A stretch of DNA of 64,000 nucleotides from Narcine bancroftii (lineage: Eukaryota): positions 137,020,001 through 137,084,000 of the forward strand of contig NC_091474.1 of the NCBI RefSeq assembly GCF_036971445.1, written 5' to 3'. The position numbers were made by a program, and so were the translations under genes. Positions 21,475 through 35,734 of the stretch are shown here, in pieces. Numbering within the stretch: the stretch's first letter is position 1; the number at the start of each line of letters is the position of its first letter. The notes under the pieces are model-generated. The model worked only from the letters and a program-made list of their open reading frames with translations. It did not search any database and was not told the DNA's origin.

Positions 21475-24400
21475 TGTGGTGGTACACCACCAGCCTACTG
21501 CAGGGGGCGACCTCTGTACCTGCAGAAGAACACGGGAGGACAGGGCAACACCTGGCTGGCTGTCAATCAGCAAATCTGAATGGACAAGCTCCAACTGGTT
21601 GGCTGTCAATCACCCTCTGGGCTATAAGCTGCGTCCGGCCATTTCAGAGTCAGTTTCAGAGCTTGCACCAGTAGTCTCACAGCTAGTTCGGTGAAGGTTT
21701 AAGTTGAATAAAGCCTGTAGAACAGACTTTATGTTTTGTGTGTTTGCTTCTGTTCGATAGCACACCACAATTTATTCAATTTAAAATTTAACGTTGTGAT
21801 GGAGAAGTTCCTCAGTGCCGGGAGCCTCAAAATCGACCCACGCCACCTGGAAGCACAAGCACGCTTTGAGATCTGGAAGCACACGGTTGAAACGATCATA
21901 GAGGCTCACACCGATGACATCCTAGACTCCGACCGGAAAAGGCTCATTTTACTCCGATTGAACCTGGGCCCCCGGACCTTCCAGGCTCTCAAACATTGCA
22001 CCGGGTACTCAGATGCGAGGAACACCATCGAGATCAATGTACAAACCTCCCACGAATGTGGTTTTTGCAAGGTATCTCCTAAATATCCATGCCCAGCTGC
22101 CCGTGGAGACGACTGAGTCCTACCTGGGAGTCCTGCGTGAGTTTGCCCAACCTTGTCTGGCTGAACCCAGGGTAAATGAAAGGGAGGTCGCGAGACTGAT
22201 CAAGGATGCCTACAACTGGGAGCTACGTGCGAAAGCAGTCAGGCAGAAGCTGCTAGAGGACGATATCTACTCCCTAGCCAAAACAGTGGAAGTAGTCTGA
22301 ACCCTGGAGGCAGCAGCCCTGCACACCAAAGCCTTCGACTCCAGCTTCCCCAGGCCTCCACATGGTCAGCACACTCGGCTGCTGTGGCCCTAGACCAGAT
22401 TGGGGACAAAAACATCGCTGCTGCAGGCACCCAGCGCTCTTGTAAGTACTGTGGGTCCCAGTGTGGGTATGATCGTCAATCACGCCAAAACTGCGTGACC
22501 AGAAACCAGTAGTGTTCGAGATGTGGCAAGAAAGGCCACTTAACTAAAGTATGCCTCTCAAAGCCTGCCGGGAGCTCAGCGGCCCTCTACGACCTGCTCC
22601 CCTCCCGCGAATCCCCGCCACATGTGATTGCCAGGCGACGCCATTGCCCTCGCAGGTACTTCCAGCCTCTCCAGCTTCCGTGGCCCAACTTCTGGCCTCG
22701 CCATCAATGATCGCTGCGTGCACGCCATACATTCGGACCAGCTTTTGCTGAGCACGAAGTCTACAGTGACGTCACTTCCGGTTCACGGAATGATGTCACT
22801 TCCGCCACACGTCAACCTCGCCGACGGCGTGACGTCACTTACCCTGGCACAAACAACACAGCTGGGGAAAAGGTCAGCCTTACCCTGTACTCCCATGTGG
22901 CGCCGACATCTTAGGCTGGTCAATCCCAGGCACCACCGCCACCTGGGACCTCCCAGGCCTACAACAAAGTTGGTATTGATGATGATGACGACATGGTCAA
23001 CATGAGTGCTGACCAGGCCACCCTACTGATACACCCCAGACTTCTGCACACCGCAGATCCCTGCCCACCGCACCACATGCTTATGGAGAGCACCACCGGT
23101 CAACACTCACCTCTCATGATGCCTGCTGAGGATGCCACCGGCCACGACTCCCCTCCACCAACAGGGAACGATGACTCAGATGCTGAGATAGTCCTAGCAG
23201 CCACTACCCTGACCAGGGACATCCCCCATGGCCTCGGGTGCTCCATGATGGACATTAAAATCAATGGACAGGTAACAAAGTGCCTAATCGACAGTGGCAG
23301 CACTGAGAGTTTCATTCACTGAAGCTAAAAATCCACCCCACCACCTTCTCTATCGCCTTCGCCACCCAGGACTGCACTATCAATACCTCAGGTGCTGCTC
23401 GGCCGATCTGACTGTGGGGTGGGGGTAGACATACACCGGGTTTAGGCTCCTGGTCATGCCCAAACTCTGCGCCCCAGTCCTCCTGGGTTTAGACTTCCAA
23501 TGCCACCTGCAGAGCAGCACCCTTGCCTTCGGGGGGCCCCTAACCCCACTCACGCTCCACAGCGTGCCGTCCAACCAGCCCCGGCCAACCTGCAGCCTCT
23601 CCACGCTGCGCATCACCTCTTCCCCGTGCTCTTCTCACACCTCACACCAGACTGCAAGCCAATAGCCGCCAGAAGTAGGCGCTATTGCACCGCAGACAGA
23701 GACTTCATCAAGGCAGAGGTGCAGCGGCTTCTGGCGGAAGGTGTCATAGAGCCCAGTAACAGCCCATGGAGAGCCCAAGTCCTGGTGATCAAAGGGGGCA
23801 GCAAGCCAAGAATGGTCATGGATTACAGCCAGACCATCAACCGGTACACCCAGCTGGATGCCTACCCCTTACCAAGGATAGCCAACATGGTCAACGAGAT
23901 AACCCACTACCAGGTCTTCTCCATAAATGACATGAAGTCAGCCTATCACCAACTCCCCATCCACCCACGGGACAAGCCTAATACAGCCTTCGAGGCAGAT
24001 GGGTGCCTGTACCAGTTACACCGAGTTCCGTTTGGGGTCACAAATGGGGTCTCCATCTTCTAGCGGGAGATGGATCGTATGGTAGACTGGCACAAACTGA
24101 AGGCAACTTTCCCATACCTGGATAATGTCACCAACGGCAGCCACGACCAGCGGGACAATGATGAAAACCTGGAGAAATTTACCGGAAAGCTGAGGAGCTG
24201 AACCTTACTTTGGACAAAGGGAAGTCCATGTTCAGCACCACCCGCCTTGCCATCCTGGGGTGCATCATGGCACATGGTGTAATCGGCCCAGATCCAGGAC
24301 AGATGCGCCCATTAATGGAGCTGCCCCTCACCCCATGCTCAAAGCCCTCTGCAGGTGCCTTGGCTTATTATCCTACTATTCACAGTGGGTTCCCCGCTTC

Positions 24401-26431
24401 TTGGACAAGGTCTGCCCACTGGCCCAAGCCACAACTTTTCCTCTCCCACCCGAGGCGCAGACAGCCTTCACACGCATCAGGCAGGATACTGCAGATGCCA
24501 CAATGCATGCTGTGGACAAGGACTCCTCCTTTCAGGTGGAGAGTGATGTCTCCGATGTAGCCTTTGCCGCTACCTTCAACCAAGGGGGGCACCCAGTCAC
24601 CTTCTTCTCCAGGACCTTCCAAAGTTCCAAGCAAGGGCACTCAGCATTGAAAAGGAGGCCCAGGCGATTGTGGAACTAGTCCGTCATTGGCGCCACTACC
24701 TGGCCGGCAAGTGGTTCACCCTCCTCACTGACCAGCAGGCTGTGGCGTTCATGTTCAACACCACTCACAGGGGCAAGATCTAGAATGACAAGGTCTTGCG
24801 CTGGAGAGTCGAGCTGGCAAGATACAACTACAATATCCAGTATCGCCCAGGGAAGTTTAATGACTCCCCTGACGCCCTCTCCCGTACCTGCGCGTCACTC
24901 CATGACGACCAACTGCATGCACTGCACAAGTCCCTATGCCACCCAGGCGTCACCCGCTTATACCACTTCATCAAGTCCCGGAACCTCCTGTACACTGTCA
25001 GGGACATCAGGACCATGACTGAGGCGTGCTGGGTCTGTGCGGAAAAAACCTCATTTCTTCCACCTGGCCAGGCTCATGTCGTAAATGCCACACAGGCCTT
25101 CAAGCACCTCAGCATGGACTTCAAGGAGCTCCTGCCTTCCACAAATCAGAGCGTCTATTTCCTCATGGTCATAGACAAGTACTCCCACTTCCCTTTCACC
25201 ATCCCTTGCCCAGACACCTCCACGGCCACTGTCATCAGGGCATTGACACAGATCTTCACCATGTTTGGCTACTCTGCATTTATCCACAGCAACCGGGGGG
25301 ATCTAGCTTCATGAGTGAGGAACTACGCCAGCACCTGACAGCAAGGGGCATCGCAACTAGTTGCACGATTAGTTAAAACCCGAGAGGTAATGGACAAGTG
25401 GAGCATGAGAATGGGGTAGTTTGGAAGGCAGTCCTCCTGGCCCTTAAGTCAAAGGGGTGGTTCATAGAGTACTGGCAGGACACCCTCCCCAATGAGACCC
25501 CTCACGAACGCCTGTTTTCGTTCCTTAGAAATCAGCAATGGGAACATCTCTCACAGCATGGCTTGCATCTCCGGGACCAGTGCTCCTGTGTAGACATGTG
25601 CAGACACACAAGGCCAAACCCCTGGTCGAGCAGGTATTCCTCCTACATGCGAATCACAACTACGTCTATGTTAGATTCAGCAGTGGCAGGTAGGTCACCG
25701 TCTCATCCAGGGACCTGGCACCAGCTGGAGCACCCACCACAGTACAGCATCCTCCATTCCAGGACCATACCGGCCTGACATGCTTCCCTGACCCCGTACA
25801 GCTGTGGGGCACTCAAGACCCCCCTGGGCACCGACTCACTCCAACCATGGGGGATGAACCTGCCTCCCCACCCATCCAATGCATCGCACTCGACTCAGCC
25901 CCGGCCCCCCCGGCCACCCCTCTGCGCTGCACCTTGCCAGCCATTCCGGCCCCCACTTCCAGCCCCTGCTTACCCTCGCCGACCTGTGACCAGGAGCCAA
26001 CCCTGCAACGGTCACCAGAGACTCCGATGGCCACCAGACTGTCTAAATTTGTAATAATGTATATATATGTGGGGCTCTGTTAGATCATGGACTGCAAACC
26101 TCCCCCTCCCCCCCCCGGGACAATTTTAAAGGGGGTGAATGTGGTGGTACACCACCAGCCTACTGCAGGGTGTGACCTCTGTACCTGCAGAAGAACATGG
26201 GAGGACAGGGCAACACCTGGCCGGCTGTCAATCAGCCGACCTGAATGGACAAGCTCCACCCGGTTGGCTGTCAATCACCCTGCAGGATATAAGCTGGGTC
26301 CAGCTCTTTCGGAGTCAGCCAGTATTGCACCAGTATTCTCACAGCTAGTTCGGTGAAGGTTTAAGTTGAATAAATCCTGTAAAACAGATTTTATGTTTTG
26401 TGTGTTTGCTTCTGTTCAATAGCGCAACACA
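21475..26431 (+). mobile_element. Gypsy element C, full-length, decayed
   Basis: LTRs 21475-21769 and 26140-26431; TSD ataca/atata; PPT aaagggggtgaa; gag MEKFLSAGSLKIDP from 21799, CCHC-like knuckle, LIDSGS protease, RT DYSQTINRYTQLDAYPLP / YLDNV, RNase H VESDVSD, integrase HPGVTR. Confidence 0.93.
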
Positions 26432-26439
26432 ATATATAC

Positions 26440-27085
26440 ATACACTATACACAGCTCGTAATAATCCATAATAATCACATATATAATAAAGATATAACAT
26501 AAAATAAATGCATATAAATATTTTTCAATTTTTACTCTGTTATAGGGTACCATACCAGTCTGCGGGAAGAAGCCATTTCCCAGCTTGGCTGTCCTGATTT
26601 TGATGATCCTGTATCTCCATCCTGATGGTTTTAGGTCAAAGATACTATGTGATGGATGAAAAGGGGCCTCAAAAATTCTTTGAACATTATTTAAGCAATG
26701 TTTAAGGTGAATGTCGTCAGCAGAGGAAAGGGAGACCCCAGTGATTTTCTCAGCTGTTGAAGATCCTCTGTATTGATGGCTGACCTGATGCTTTGCAGCT
26801 ACAATACCACACAATGATGCAGCCAGACAGTATACTCTCATTTGTGCTCCTGTAAAATTTTGTTGAGCTGAGAACCTTGCCCTCCTCAGCCTCCTTTGGA
26901 AGTGTGGGTGCTGCTGGGTCTTTCTGACTAATGAGGAAGTATTGTGGGTCCAGGGTAGGTTGTCCATTATATGCACACCAAAGGAACTCTCTCCACAACA
27001 GAGTCATTGATGGTGGATGGTACAGTGTGATCGACTGTCATCTTCCTGATATTCACAATCATCTCCTTTATCTTATCCATGTTGA
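26440..27085 (-). mobile_element. Rex1/Babar-like LINE 3' part (element C sits in its tail)
   Basis: ORF 26416-26976: KTQQHPHFQRRLRR...AEKITG...HPSHSIF...SGWRYR...NGFFPQ. Confidence 0.7.
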
Positions 27086-27092
27086 AACACAC

Positions 27093-27310
27093 GATTAATG
27101 TAGTGGTTAACACTGTTAAAATGCTGCGACCAGGCTAGAATCTTGTGCATTTTGTAAGGAGTTTGTACATTCTTCTCATGTCTGCATGGGTTTCCTCTAA
27201 GTGCTCTGGTTTGCTCACACCATTGAAAAATGTATTAGGTCAATTGGGCAGCACGGTCTTGTGGGCCAAATGGGCCTGTTATTGTGCTGTATGTCTTAAA
27301 AATAAATAAT
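27093..27310 (+). mobile_element. HE1/V-SINE-like SINE
   Basis: tagtggttaac head, tgtaaggagtttgtacattct core, gggccaaatgggcctgttattgtgctgtatg tail. Confidence 0.75.
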
Positions 27311-27479
27311 GTAAAATTAAAACAGAAAATGCAAGAAATACAGCATCCTAAGAAATCAGGCTACATATGCAAAAAGAGAAATGGAGTTAATGTTTCAGGT
27401 TTATAATAATACTAATATCTGACACTTAATTTCATTATGGTACTAATGTTTTCCACTCATCAAGCTTGAATCCAAAAGA

Positions 27480-28115
27480 ACATCACAGACAAACGATGAC
27501 TATGGCAGGTACGCATGCTGTCACCGAGTACAAGGCAAAGTACAGCAACACAAAGTGCAACAGCACAACAATCCCTGGTGAGCTAAATATGATTCCTCTA
27601 ATTAGAAGATTAGGGAAGTTGTCTTATCCCCAAGCTCCTCAACAAATTCTGTAGATATACCATAAATAGCATCATAGAGGCTCTGCTCAAGACCAGAAGA
27701 AACTACAGGAAGTAGTGAATACAGCTCAGAAAAGAAAATTATCTCCCTTCCATGGACTCCCATCTACATCTCCTGTTACCCTGGAAAGGCAGCCAGCACA
27801 TTAAAGGATACATCACACCCAGACATACTCCCTTCTCCCATCTCCCAATAGGAAGAAGGTTGAAAAGTGTGAACACATACACCAACAGACTTAAAGGCAA
27901 ACTTCTTCCTCACAGCCATCAGACTCCTGAATGTACCCCATAACAGTGCTATCCTGATGCCCTTGGTTGGTTTTTATTGATCTTCCTTTTTTATTGTAAT
28001 TCTTTACTCTATATAGAGTGTTCTTGACGAGGATGCATGAAAGTGAGAGACAACCGTCAGTCTGTTTGCAAAATGCCTCACTGTACTAGGTATTTTGTGA
28101 CAAATAAACTTAAAC
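27480..28115 (+). mobile_element. Rex1/Babar-like LINE fragments
   Basis: Degenerate 3' ORF (FSHLPIGRRLKS...TNRLK...FFLTAIRLLN) and aataaacttaaactt tail. Confidence 0.5.
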
Positions 28116-28475
28116 TTGTCCCTACCAAAATATGAAGGATCATTCTGTAATTTTTTTTAAATATAAGTGGAATATATTTCAAAACCATGGTTTTAAGTCA
28201 TGCTTTATGAATGTGGAGAAAGCAGCACTCAATGAAATACCAACTGGTAATATTTTGAATTTGCAATGGTTCTTAATGTCAACACTAACAGTCGCCACAA
28301 GAGGGGGCACAACCCTGTTTCTTTTACATTTATTAATTTTTTTTAGAGCTTGTGAGTATGTGTGGATGTTTTTTTTTATTCCGTCATATGTTGACTATGT
28401 GATGCTAACAGTCAAAGGATATGGCACAAAATAGATCTAATGGCAGAGCACATACATGCCAAGGATCAATTGATT

Positions 28476-30060
28476 CAGGAGGAACTCAGTGGTTGAGTTG
28501 CATCAGTGAGAAATAATGAACGTCAATACTTTTGGGTCAGAACCCTTCATCAAGTCTGAATGTGTAGAGAGGAGAGAGCTGGCATGACAATGAGGACAGG
28601 GTGGAGGGGGGAGGGGCGTGTGAATCAGGGAAAGTTTGAGATATGACATTTAATTGCCAGGTGCCAGATAAAGGAAGAAAGAAGAGAAATAAAAGGATCA
28701 GTTGGAAGATGAGTCACAATGATGGAGTGGAGTGATATAAAGACTGCCAGTGCTGCAATCTGAAAGCAAGAGGAGGTGATAACAGAGGTGTAATGAAGGC
28801 TGCTGGGGAAAATCTGTTAGGGAAGGACAGATGGGACCAGATGGTCCTGAAGAAAAGTGTGGAGGGAGAATAATCTGGGGGAAATGTGGGTGAAAGACGA
28901 TGGATTCAGGGAGTCATGGGATGAGAATGGTTGTGGGTAGCTGAGTATCTAGGAGGAAGGGAGAGGAGAATCGTTATCTGAAATTGGAAAACTCAAAGTT
29001 CGTAACACTGGGCTGCAGACTGCCCAAGCACATTATGAGGTGTTGTTCTTCTTGTCTACACTGGGGACTCACTTTGGCAGTGGAGAATGGACAGGGTTGT
29101 GTGGGAAATGGAGGAGAATTTGAAATGGCAAACAACTGAGAGCTTGGGATGGCCATTGCAGACAGAGCGCAGATGGTCTACAAACATTTCTCAGGTCTGC
29201 ACTGTCTTATCAATGCAGTGAGACCACATCAAGAACATTAAATACTGAAGATGAGGGAGGAGGTTGACATGAATCTTTACCTCATGTGGAATGGCTCCTT
29301 AGGTCCCTGAAAGGTGGTGAGTTAGGAGGTGTTAAGACTGTGTGCACCTCTGCAGAAATAGAGGGAAGTACCAGGAACCATAGAGAGATGGGTAAGGAAG
29401 GATGAATGGACAAGGGAATTATTGAGGGTCTGATTCAGAAGGTGGAAAGTGTGGGGAGGGCTAGATGTGGTTGATACTGGGTTTAATTATAGTTTGTGGA
29501 AATGGTGAAGGATGATATACTGAATTTGGAGGCTGGTGGAGGAATGGTGAGGAAAAAGGGAACTCTATCCCTGTTCTGTTTGGAGAGATGGGGGCAGGGA
29601 TGGAGGGATGAGAGCAAAACTATGAGAAATGGAGAAAACATGGGAAATGGCTATTAACCACAATGAAGGGAAAGCCACATTGCTTGAAAAAGGAGGGCAT
29701 TTCAGATCTCCCCTTGAGAGCAGATGTGGTGGAAGCAGAGAAAATGACTTATGATCTAGGTAGCTGTGGGAGCTGGTGGGTTTTGTAATAAATGTTGGCA
29801 GATAGGTTGTCTTCTAAGATATATATAGAGAGAGAGAGCTCTAGAAAGGGGAAAGAAATATCATAAATAGCCCAAGTAAACCGAAGAGCAGGGCGGAGGT
29901 TGATAGCAACATTTATAAAATTGTTCTGCACAGGTGCAGGAAGTAGCAATTGATGTATCAGATGAAGAGTTGGAAATTATACCTGAGAAAAACAAAACGG
30001 TGACTATTCAACATACCCATTTGAAAGGCAGGAATAGCTGGAGTCCATACATGTGCCTAA
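28476..30060 (-). mobile_element. Penelope-like element (RT and GIY-YIG remnants plus terminal repeat)
   Basis: EEQHLIMCLGSLQPSVTNFEFSNFR (28974-29156), PALRFTW...FLELSL...IYYK (29749-29949), terminal ttgatgaagggttctgaccc motif. Confidence 0.8.
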
Positions 30061-30061
30061 G

Positions 30062-30135
30062 GCAGGGCTTCCCAAACGTTTTAGCTCATGGAACCCTTTT
30101 GGGGAGCACTTGGAAATTGCGGAACCCCAATTGTT
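30062..30135. mobile_element. hAT-Charlie-like transposon end fragment
   Basis: cagggcttcccaaac...ggaacccc terminus motif; partner end not found. Confidence 0.35.
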
Positions 30136-31309
30136 AATTACAGTTTAAAAGACCTGGTACATACACAAGCACAGTAAGAAAGAAAATAAACTCACCATTC
30201 TCCACAATGCCCGTACGCTCTCTGATGACACAATGGGGATCATCTCCACTCAGTAGTTGGTCCAGGCAGTGATGACGAGAAGACCAGTCCTCTGCTGACT
30301 TCACCTCCTCTGCCACGCTAGAATAGCCAGCCATTGATTAACAGGCAAAGTAGGTGGGAGTCTGTCCTCCCATTGACGGCACAATTGGATAATGCTTGAC
30401 TATAGGTTTTTCTCTAATTATAATGGTCACTTAAAAACAAAGCAGATTTCTATTTATTACACTAGGTGGTGCTTCATTACATTTTTCAATAATAATGTGG
30501 CAACTAATGTTTTTCAGAAGTTCTTTACACAAACCGTGTTACTAGAAAGAATAAAATTTTCATCAGTTGTTCTACTGGTACATTTTTACTGTAATTTTGA
30601 TTGGCTTGTTTTACCTGTTTTTAAAATAAAATTCATGAAGAGCTACCATAAGAAGTTATCAAGTGAATGAGTGATTTGGCTGCTAAAATCCATTCTGCCA
30701 CAGTCACTGCAAGTACAGGTTACATCAAATTATGCTGCTTTTAATATCAGACCTGCATTAGTATATACTACAATCACTGCATGAAACCTTTCCTCAAAGA
30801 CAGTGCATGATACCAAAAAAAGATACTTTTACTTAAAGCAGTGTCACTCAGATGTTCCACTGTTTATCTCTGTCTGTATGCTGTTATAATTGATGTCAGT
30901 AGACTGTTATAGTTGAGTTCCTAAGGGATCTGTGATGGGGCTTTGGCTTTTTAAAGTACAGTATATATCAATAACATGAAAAAAAAAAGCTAATTGTAAA
31001 TCTTTTACCTCTTGATTTTAATGCTAAACCATTGCACGAGAAGTGTTTACTGTCTAGATATATTCTGTGACACAGCTGCTTAATCTGCATGGGATATTGA
31101 TCTTTATAATCTTTCTCCATTTGTGCCTTTTCATCGAAGTGATAAAGTTCCATCTGAAATTCTCATTCACAAGATCTGCTATACCGATGTGAATTAATAC
31201 AGATCCCATTGAAATATTTAAGGTATTTCTCATTGCATCCACTCACATTGTCACATGACTGCCAGCTTTTACACTTTATCCTCTTTAACAAGAAGGAAAA
31301 ATGTTGTGT

Positions 31310-31690
31310 AGGCTTGGACTGTTTTCCCTGGAATGAAGGAGGCTGAGGGGTTGGGGGAGGGGTGACCTTATGGAGGTTATAAAATTACGATGGGTGCAGG
31401 TTGATAGATAGGGTGGATAGCCACAGATTTTTGCTTGGAGTTTGAGAGTCTAAATCTAAATGGCATGAGTTAAAGGTAAGAAGGGAAAATTAAAGGGGAG
31501 CTGGGGGAAAAATTTTCCACATGGAGTGAGCTGCCAGAAGAAGTCGTATAGGCAGATACAATTACAATGTTCAGAATACTGTTAGACAGGCATATGGATA
31601 GGAAAGGTTTACAGAGGGATATTGGCCAAAAACATGCAAATCGGACTTGCTTGGTCAGCAGGGACAAATTGGGCCAAAGGACCTGGAAGA
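31310..31690 (+). mobile_element. CR1 3' fragment
   Basis: aggaggctgaggg...gaccttatggaggttataaaatt...gagctgccagaagaag...gggccaaaggacctg. Confidence 0.7.
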
Positions 31691-31739
31691 CCTCATGACT
31701 AGGACTGTATAATTTCTGCTGGCTACTAGGAAGCCTGTA

Positions 31740-32250
31740 CTTTGAACAGCCAATTCTGCCCCTCTCTCTCTGTCATAGCTATATGTATCCCAAATCCTAA
31801 CAGACTAGTTGAAACCATCGTGAGTACCAGTGTAAATCTACCTACCAGGATATTGGAATTCCTCCAGGACCAGGTACAACCGGTTCCTCTTATGCAATCA
31901 CCTCTGCCCCAGTAGAAATTCCAATTCTCCAGGAATCTGAAACCCTTTCTCAGTCACACATCCATCTGCCCAATCCTTCTTTTCCTGTCCACATTATCAC
32001 GTGGTAGTGCTAGTAATCCAGAGATTGCTAACCTCGTGATCCTGCTTTTTAACCTTCTGCCTAACTCCCTATATTCACTCTGCAGGACCTCATCCCCTTT
32101 TCTACCTATGTCATTGGTACCAATGAGTATAATGATCTCTGGCTGCTCACTTTCCCCATTGAGACATTGTTGCCTGGCATCCGGGAGGCAATAAACAATC
32201 CTAGAGTCTTGTTTACAGCAACAGAATCTCTTGACAAACCCAATTGTGTA
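31740..32250 (-). mobile_element. CR1 ORF1 SGNH-esterase-like fragment
   Basis: Minus strand CLPDAR and QPEIIILIGTND, matching the CLPGA / HIGTND motifs of CR1 ORF1. Confidence 0.6.
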
Positions 32251-32649
32251 CAGCTATCCTTGACACCATCCTTCCCTCCATGAATCTATAGCCTCTTTCC
32301 ACTGGAATCCCAGTTAATTGGCTGTGCAGTGTCCTGGGATAGGAAGCCATTTGTGCTGCTTCCACTGGGCCACCTTTAATTAGGACAGTGATTGCTTTTC
32401 CACTGAACACACTCATCCCCAAGGAAATGGGTGACTTTCTGCTGTTCTTTTTCCACTGGTTTAATTGGCAAACTGGCGTCAGCTGACTCCAGGGTTATGA
32501 GTAGGGGTAGAGGCTGTCAATCCCTGGCATGAAATGACATAATTTGAAGCTGGTGTGCTGACTCTTTTCTTTCTCCACTGGACCCTGCCCCAGTTAATTC
32601 TCCATTAATTCCTGGGACAATGTGCCAGTGGAAAAGGGGCTTATGATAA

Positions 32650-33270
32650 TCAGAAACATTCAATTGGTAAGGAAGTTCTATGGCATGCTTGCCTTCATTA
32701 GGTTGGCATTGACTATAAGAGTAGATGAACAAGTTGCAGGTATATAAAACTTTGGTTAGGTTCACTTGGAGTTCTTTTTATGTAATTTTGTTTAGCCTTC
32801 ACAAGAATCATGTGGAAGCTTTGGAAAAAATATAAGGATGTTGCCAGGATTAGTGGGCATGAGTTCTAAGGAAAGGTTGGAATTGAGTTATTTTCTCTGT
32901 AGTATGGGAGTCTGAAGGGGAGACCTGATAGAAGTTTATAAAATTATGAGGACATAGGTAGGGTAGAGACTCAGAATATTTCTCCCAGGCTAAAAACATT
33001 ATATACTTGAGGACATGTATGCATGCATTGAAGTTGAGGGTTGGGGAAGATTAAAGGAAAGGTGTGTGGCAAGTATTTTTCACAGAGAGTGGTAGTTGCC
33101 TAAAATGGGGTCCAGTAGTTGTGGATGTGATTGTTTTATTTAAAAACTTTTTGATAGAAATATGAATATGCACAAAAGAGAGGGATATGTATCATGTGTA
33201 AGCAGCAGAGTTTTAGATTAATTTTTGCATCATGTTCGGCGCTGATTCTTTTATGTTCGATGTTCCTTTT
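32650..33270 (+). mobile_element. CR1 3' fragment
   Basis: YKTLVRxxLE-like, ggagacctgatagaagtttataaaattatgag, cacagagagtggtag. Confidence 0.7.
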
Positions 33271-34259
33271 ATGTAACTATCACATGTTGCCTACAACAGG
33301 GAGGCTGATAAAATTAAATGTATGTTGGCAATTATAGAATAACAAAATAAGATGTGAAATAGTCATTGCAACAATCTCTAACCCGAGGCCCAGACCATCT
33401 TCTCAATGTTCCTCCTTAGGTCCTGATTCATTGTTTTGTTACTTGAAATAGTTCAGCAGTGTAATATGATTTCTTTGAGCTGGGCAACTAAACTAAGTCA
33501 GGAAGTTCCATCAGCATGATGTGACTCTTTTGCAATCTTGTGATTTGATTTTTGTCTGAAGTTCTGTGGGGACAGAGGCAGTTTGTGCATTGGACTCAGA
33601 TCATTTATCTGCCTCCTGCCTCAGGACTAACTTCACAATCCTGTACTTCCGAATGAATTAGAAACTCACAATTGTTTCATTGTTTGCTGCACTACATCAA
33701 TATGTTTGAACTTGAGGAATTTGTTTGTTATTCATATTTTAATCATATCTTTGTTTGTAGTCCATTTTATATGGCCATTAACACGTGAAAATTTCAATAA
33801 GTAAATATGACTTTACTTAACTTGAGTTGCTTATCTTTACCAGGAGATGACAGTAAAAAAAAATAACAAAATGTCTGAATGTTGTTTTATATCCTTAGGC
33901 ACTAAAATGTCAAAAAAATCTATAGGTTGACAGTTGATATGTAGGGTATTGACCTTGTAAGCTCATTCTTTTTGAAAAACTAAGAAAAGAATAGAAATCC
34001 TATGTGATCTGACTTGCAGAGAGAGCCTCCAGGAGGCTGTGAAACAAAGGATGTAATACTTAGGTCTTTATAATGCTGTGAAAAAGACATGATTTAAGCC
34101 TGTCAACAGAACAAGAATGTAAGAAAGGAAGTAGTACCTTGCTATTCATCCTCTTATGCTTTCTCTACCATTCAATATAATTATGGCAGATTACTGTAAC
34201 TTTTCTGGACCATCCCCATTTCCTTTGGTGCAAGTTATATCCAAAATATTTTTATGAGA

Positions 34260-34980
34260 CTCCTAGTGTCATAAAGCACAGAAACAGGCCCTTAGGTCAA
34301 ACACTCCCATTCTGACCTGAGCTTGTCTCATTTACCTGTGTTTGTCCGATGCCACTCTGAACCTATTCTATCAATGTGTCTGCCCCAAATGTTAAGTAAA
34401 TGTAATCACATCCATTTTTACCACTCTGCAGTTATTTCCAATATACTCACCACTCTCTGGGAAAAAACATGCCTCTCATGTCCTCTTTAAATCTTTCCCA
34501 TCTCACTTAAATCTGTGTTAAGGTTTTAGACCACTATCCTGGAGCAAAGACAATGACAATCCATCTAATCCATGCCTCTCATTTTATAAACCTCTATAAG
34601 ATGACTCCTCAGCCTCCATCCGGAACAAGAAAAGCAGTTCCAGCCAATTCCACTTCACTCTATGCTTCTTATAATTTTATAAACCTATCAGGTCTCCCCT
34701 CAGCCTCTGAGGCTCCAGAGAAAACAATCCAAACTTCTTCTTATAACTTACATCCTCTAATTCAGGCACCATCCTGGTAAATCTGTACCCTTTCCAAGTC
34801 TTCACATTCTCCTGTAATGGGGTGAACAGAATTGCACAGTATTCCAAATGTGGCTGAACCAAAATTTACATATCTCCAACATGATTTCCTTACTCCTTTG
34901 CCCTGCCCAATAAAGGCAGGTATGCCACACACCTTCTTTACCATCCTATCCACTTGTGTGGTCACTTTCAGGGAGCTACA
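34260..34980 (-). mobile_element. CR1 fragments
   Basis: ORF 34677-34862: VQPHLEYC...FTRMVPELEDVSY...LRGDLI. Confidence 0.75.
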
Positions 34981-35319
34981 GACCTACAGATCCCAAGGGT
35001 CTAGAACTGATGAATTGTACTACACAACATCTCTCTGTGTAATCTAAATATTCTTTTTTACTTTCTCTTTTCTTTCTTCTTATATTTTTATGCCTATAAT
35101 TTAAAAAAAAACTTTTTTCAATTTGTTTTTTTTTTGCTTGGTGAGATAAATTGGGTGATAAGGAAGGGTTTTAGGGTGAGGTGAAAACCATCATGTATGT
35201 AATCAATTTGGTTTTTTTATATCTGTATTATTATAATAACTGTAGTTACTCATGTATGGAGTATTAAATAAAATAATTTTTAAAAATTCTCTTAAGGGTC
35301 CTGCAGGCATAGCTCCATG

Positions 35320-35730
35320 CTGTAAGGGACAATAGTTAAACAACCCCAACCCTTTTAACAGTGCATATCTTACCAACAGTTTCTCTAGCACCCTTCCACA
35401 TTTCTGGAGTGAAGCAGGTTGGTTCAAAGCTGGCAAAGAAAGAGAATAAAGAACACATGGCACCTTTATAGTGCTGGAGGTTCCAGCCCAGGTTATTAGC
35501 AGGAACTAATGGCTTGGAGCCAGGAGGGTTAATCCAATTAAAACTGCCAATGGCCCAAGGCCAAGTGCAGACAGGCTGGAGAATTCAGTCCAGGTAAATT
35601 ACATGGTTCCCAACTACAAGGTGTGTACTAATGGGTGGGGCATAACCAAACCTTGATTGGCAGCTGGTGTGTTCTCTGACTAGATAGGGGGCAGAGCTGT
35701 CAAATGACAGCCACAACCCTTCTCAATACA
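35320..35730 (-). mobile_element. Possible solo-LTR fragment
   Basis: Minus strand starts TGTATTGAG, has CCAAT- and TATA-like boxes; other end and TSD not resolved. Confidence 0.3.
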
Positions 35731-35734
35731 CCCT

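Noticed and set aside
30968-31290. Short ORFs and splice-like signals in unique sequence
   Set aside because: No recognisable protein or consistent exon phase; may be conserved non-coding DNA, which cannot be tested here
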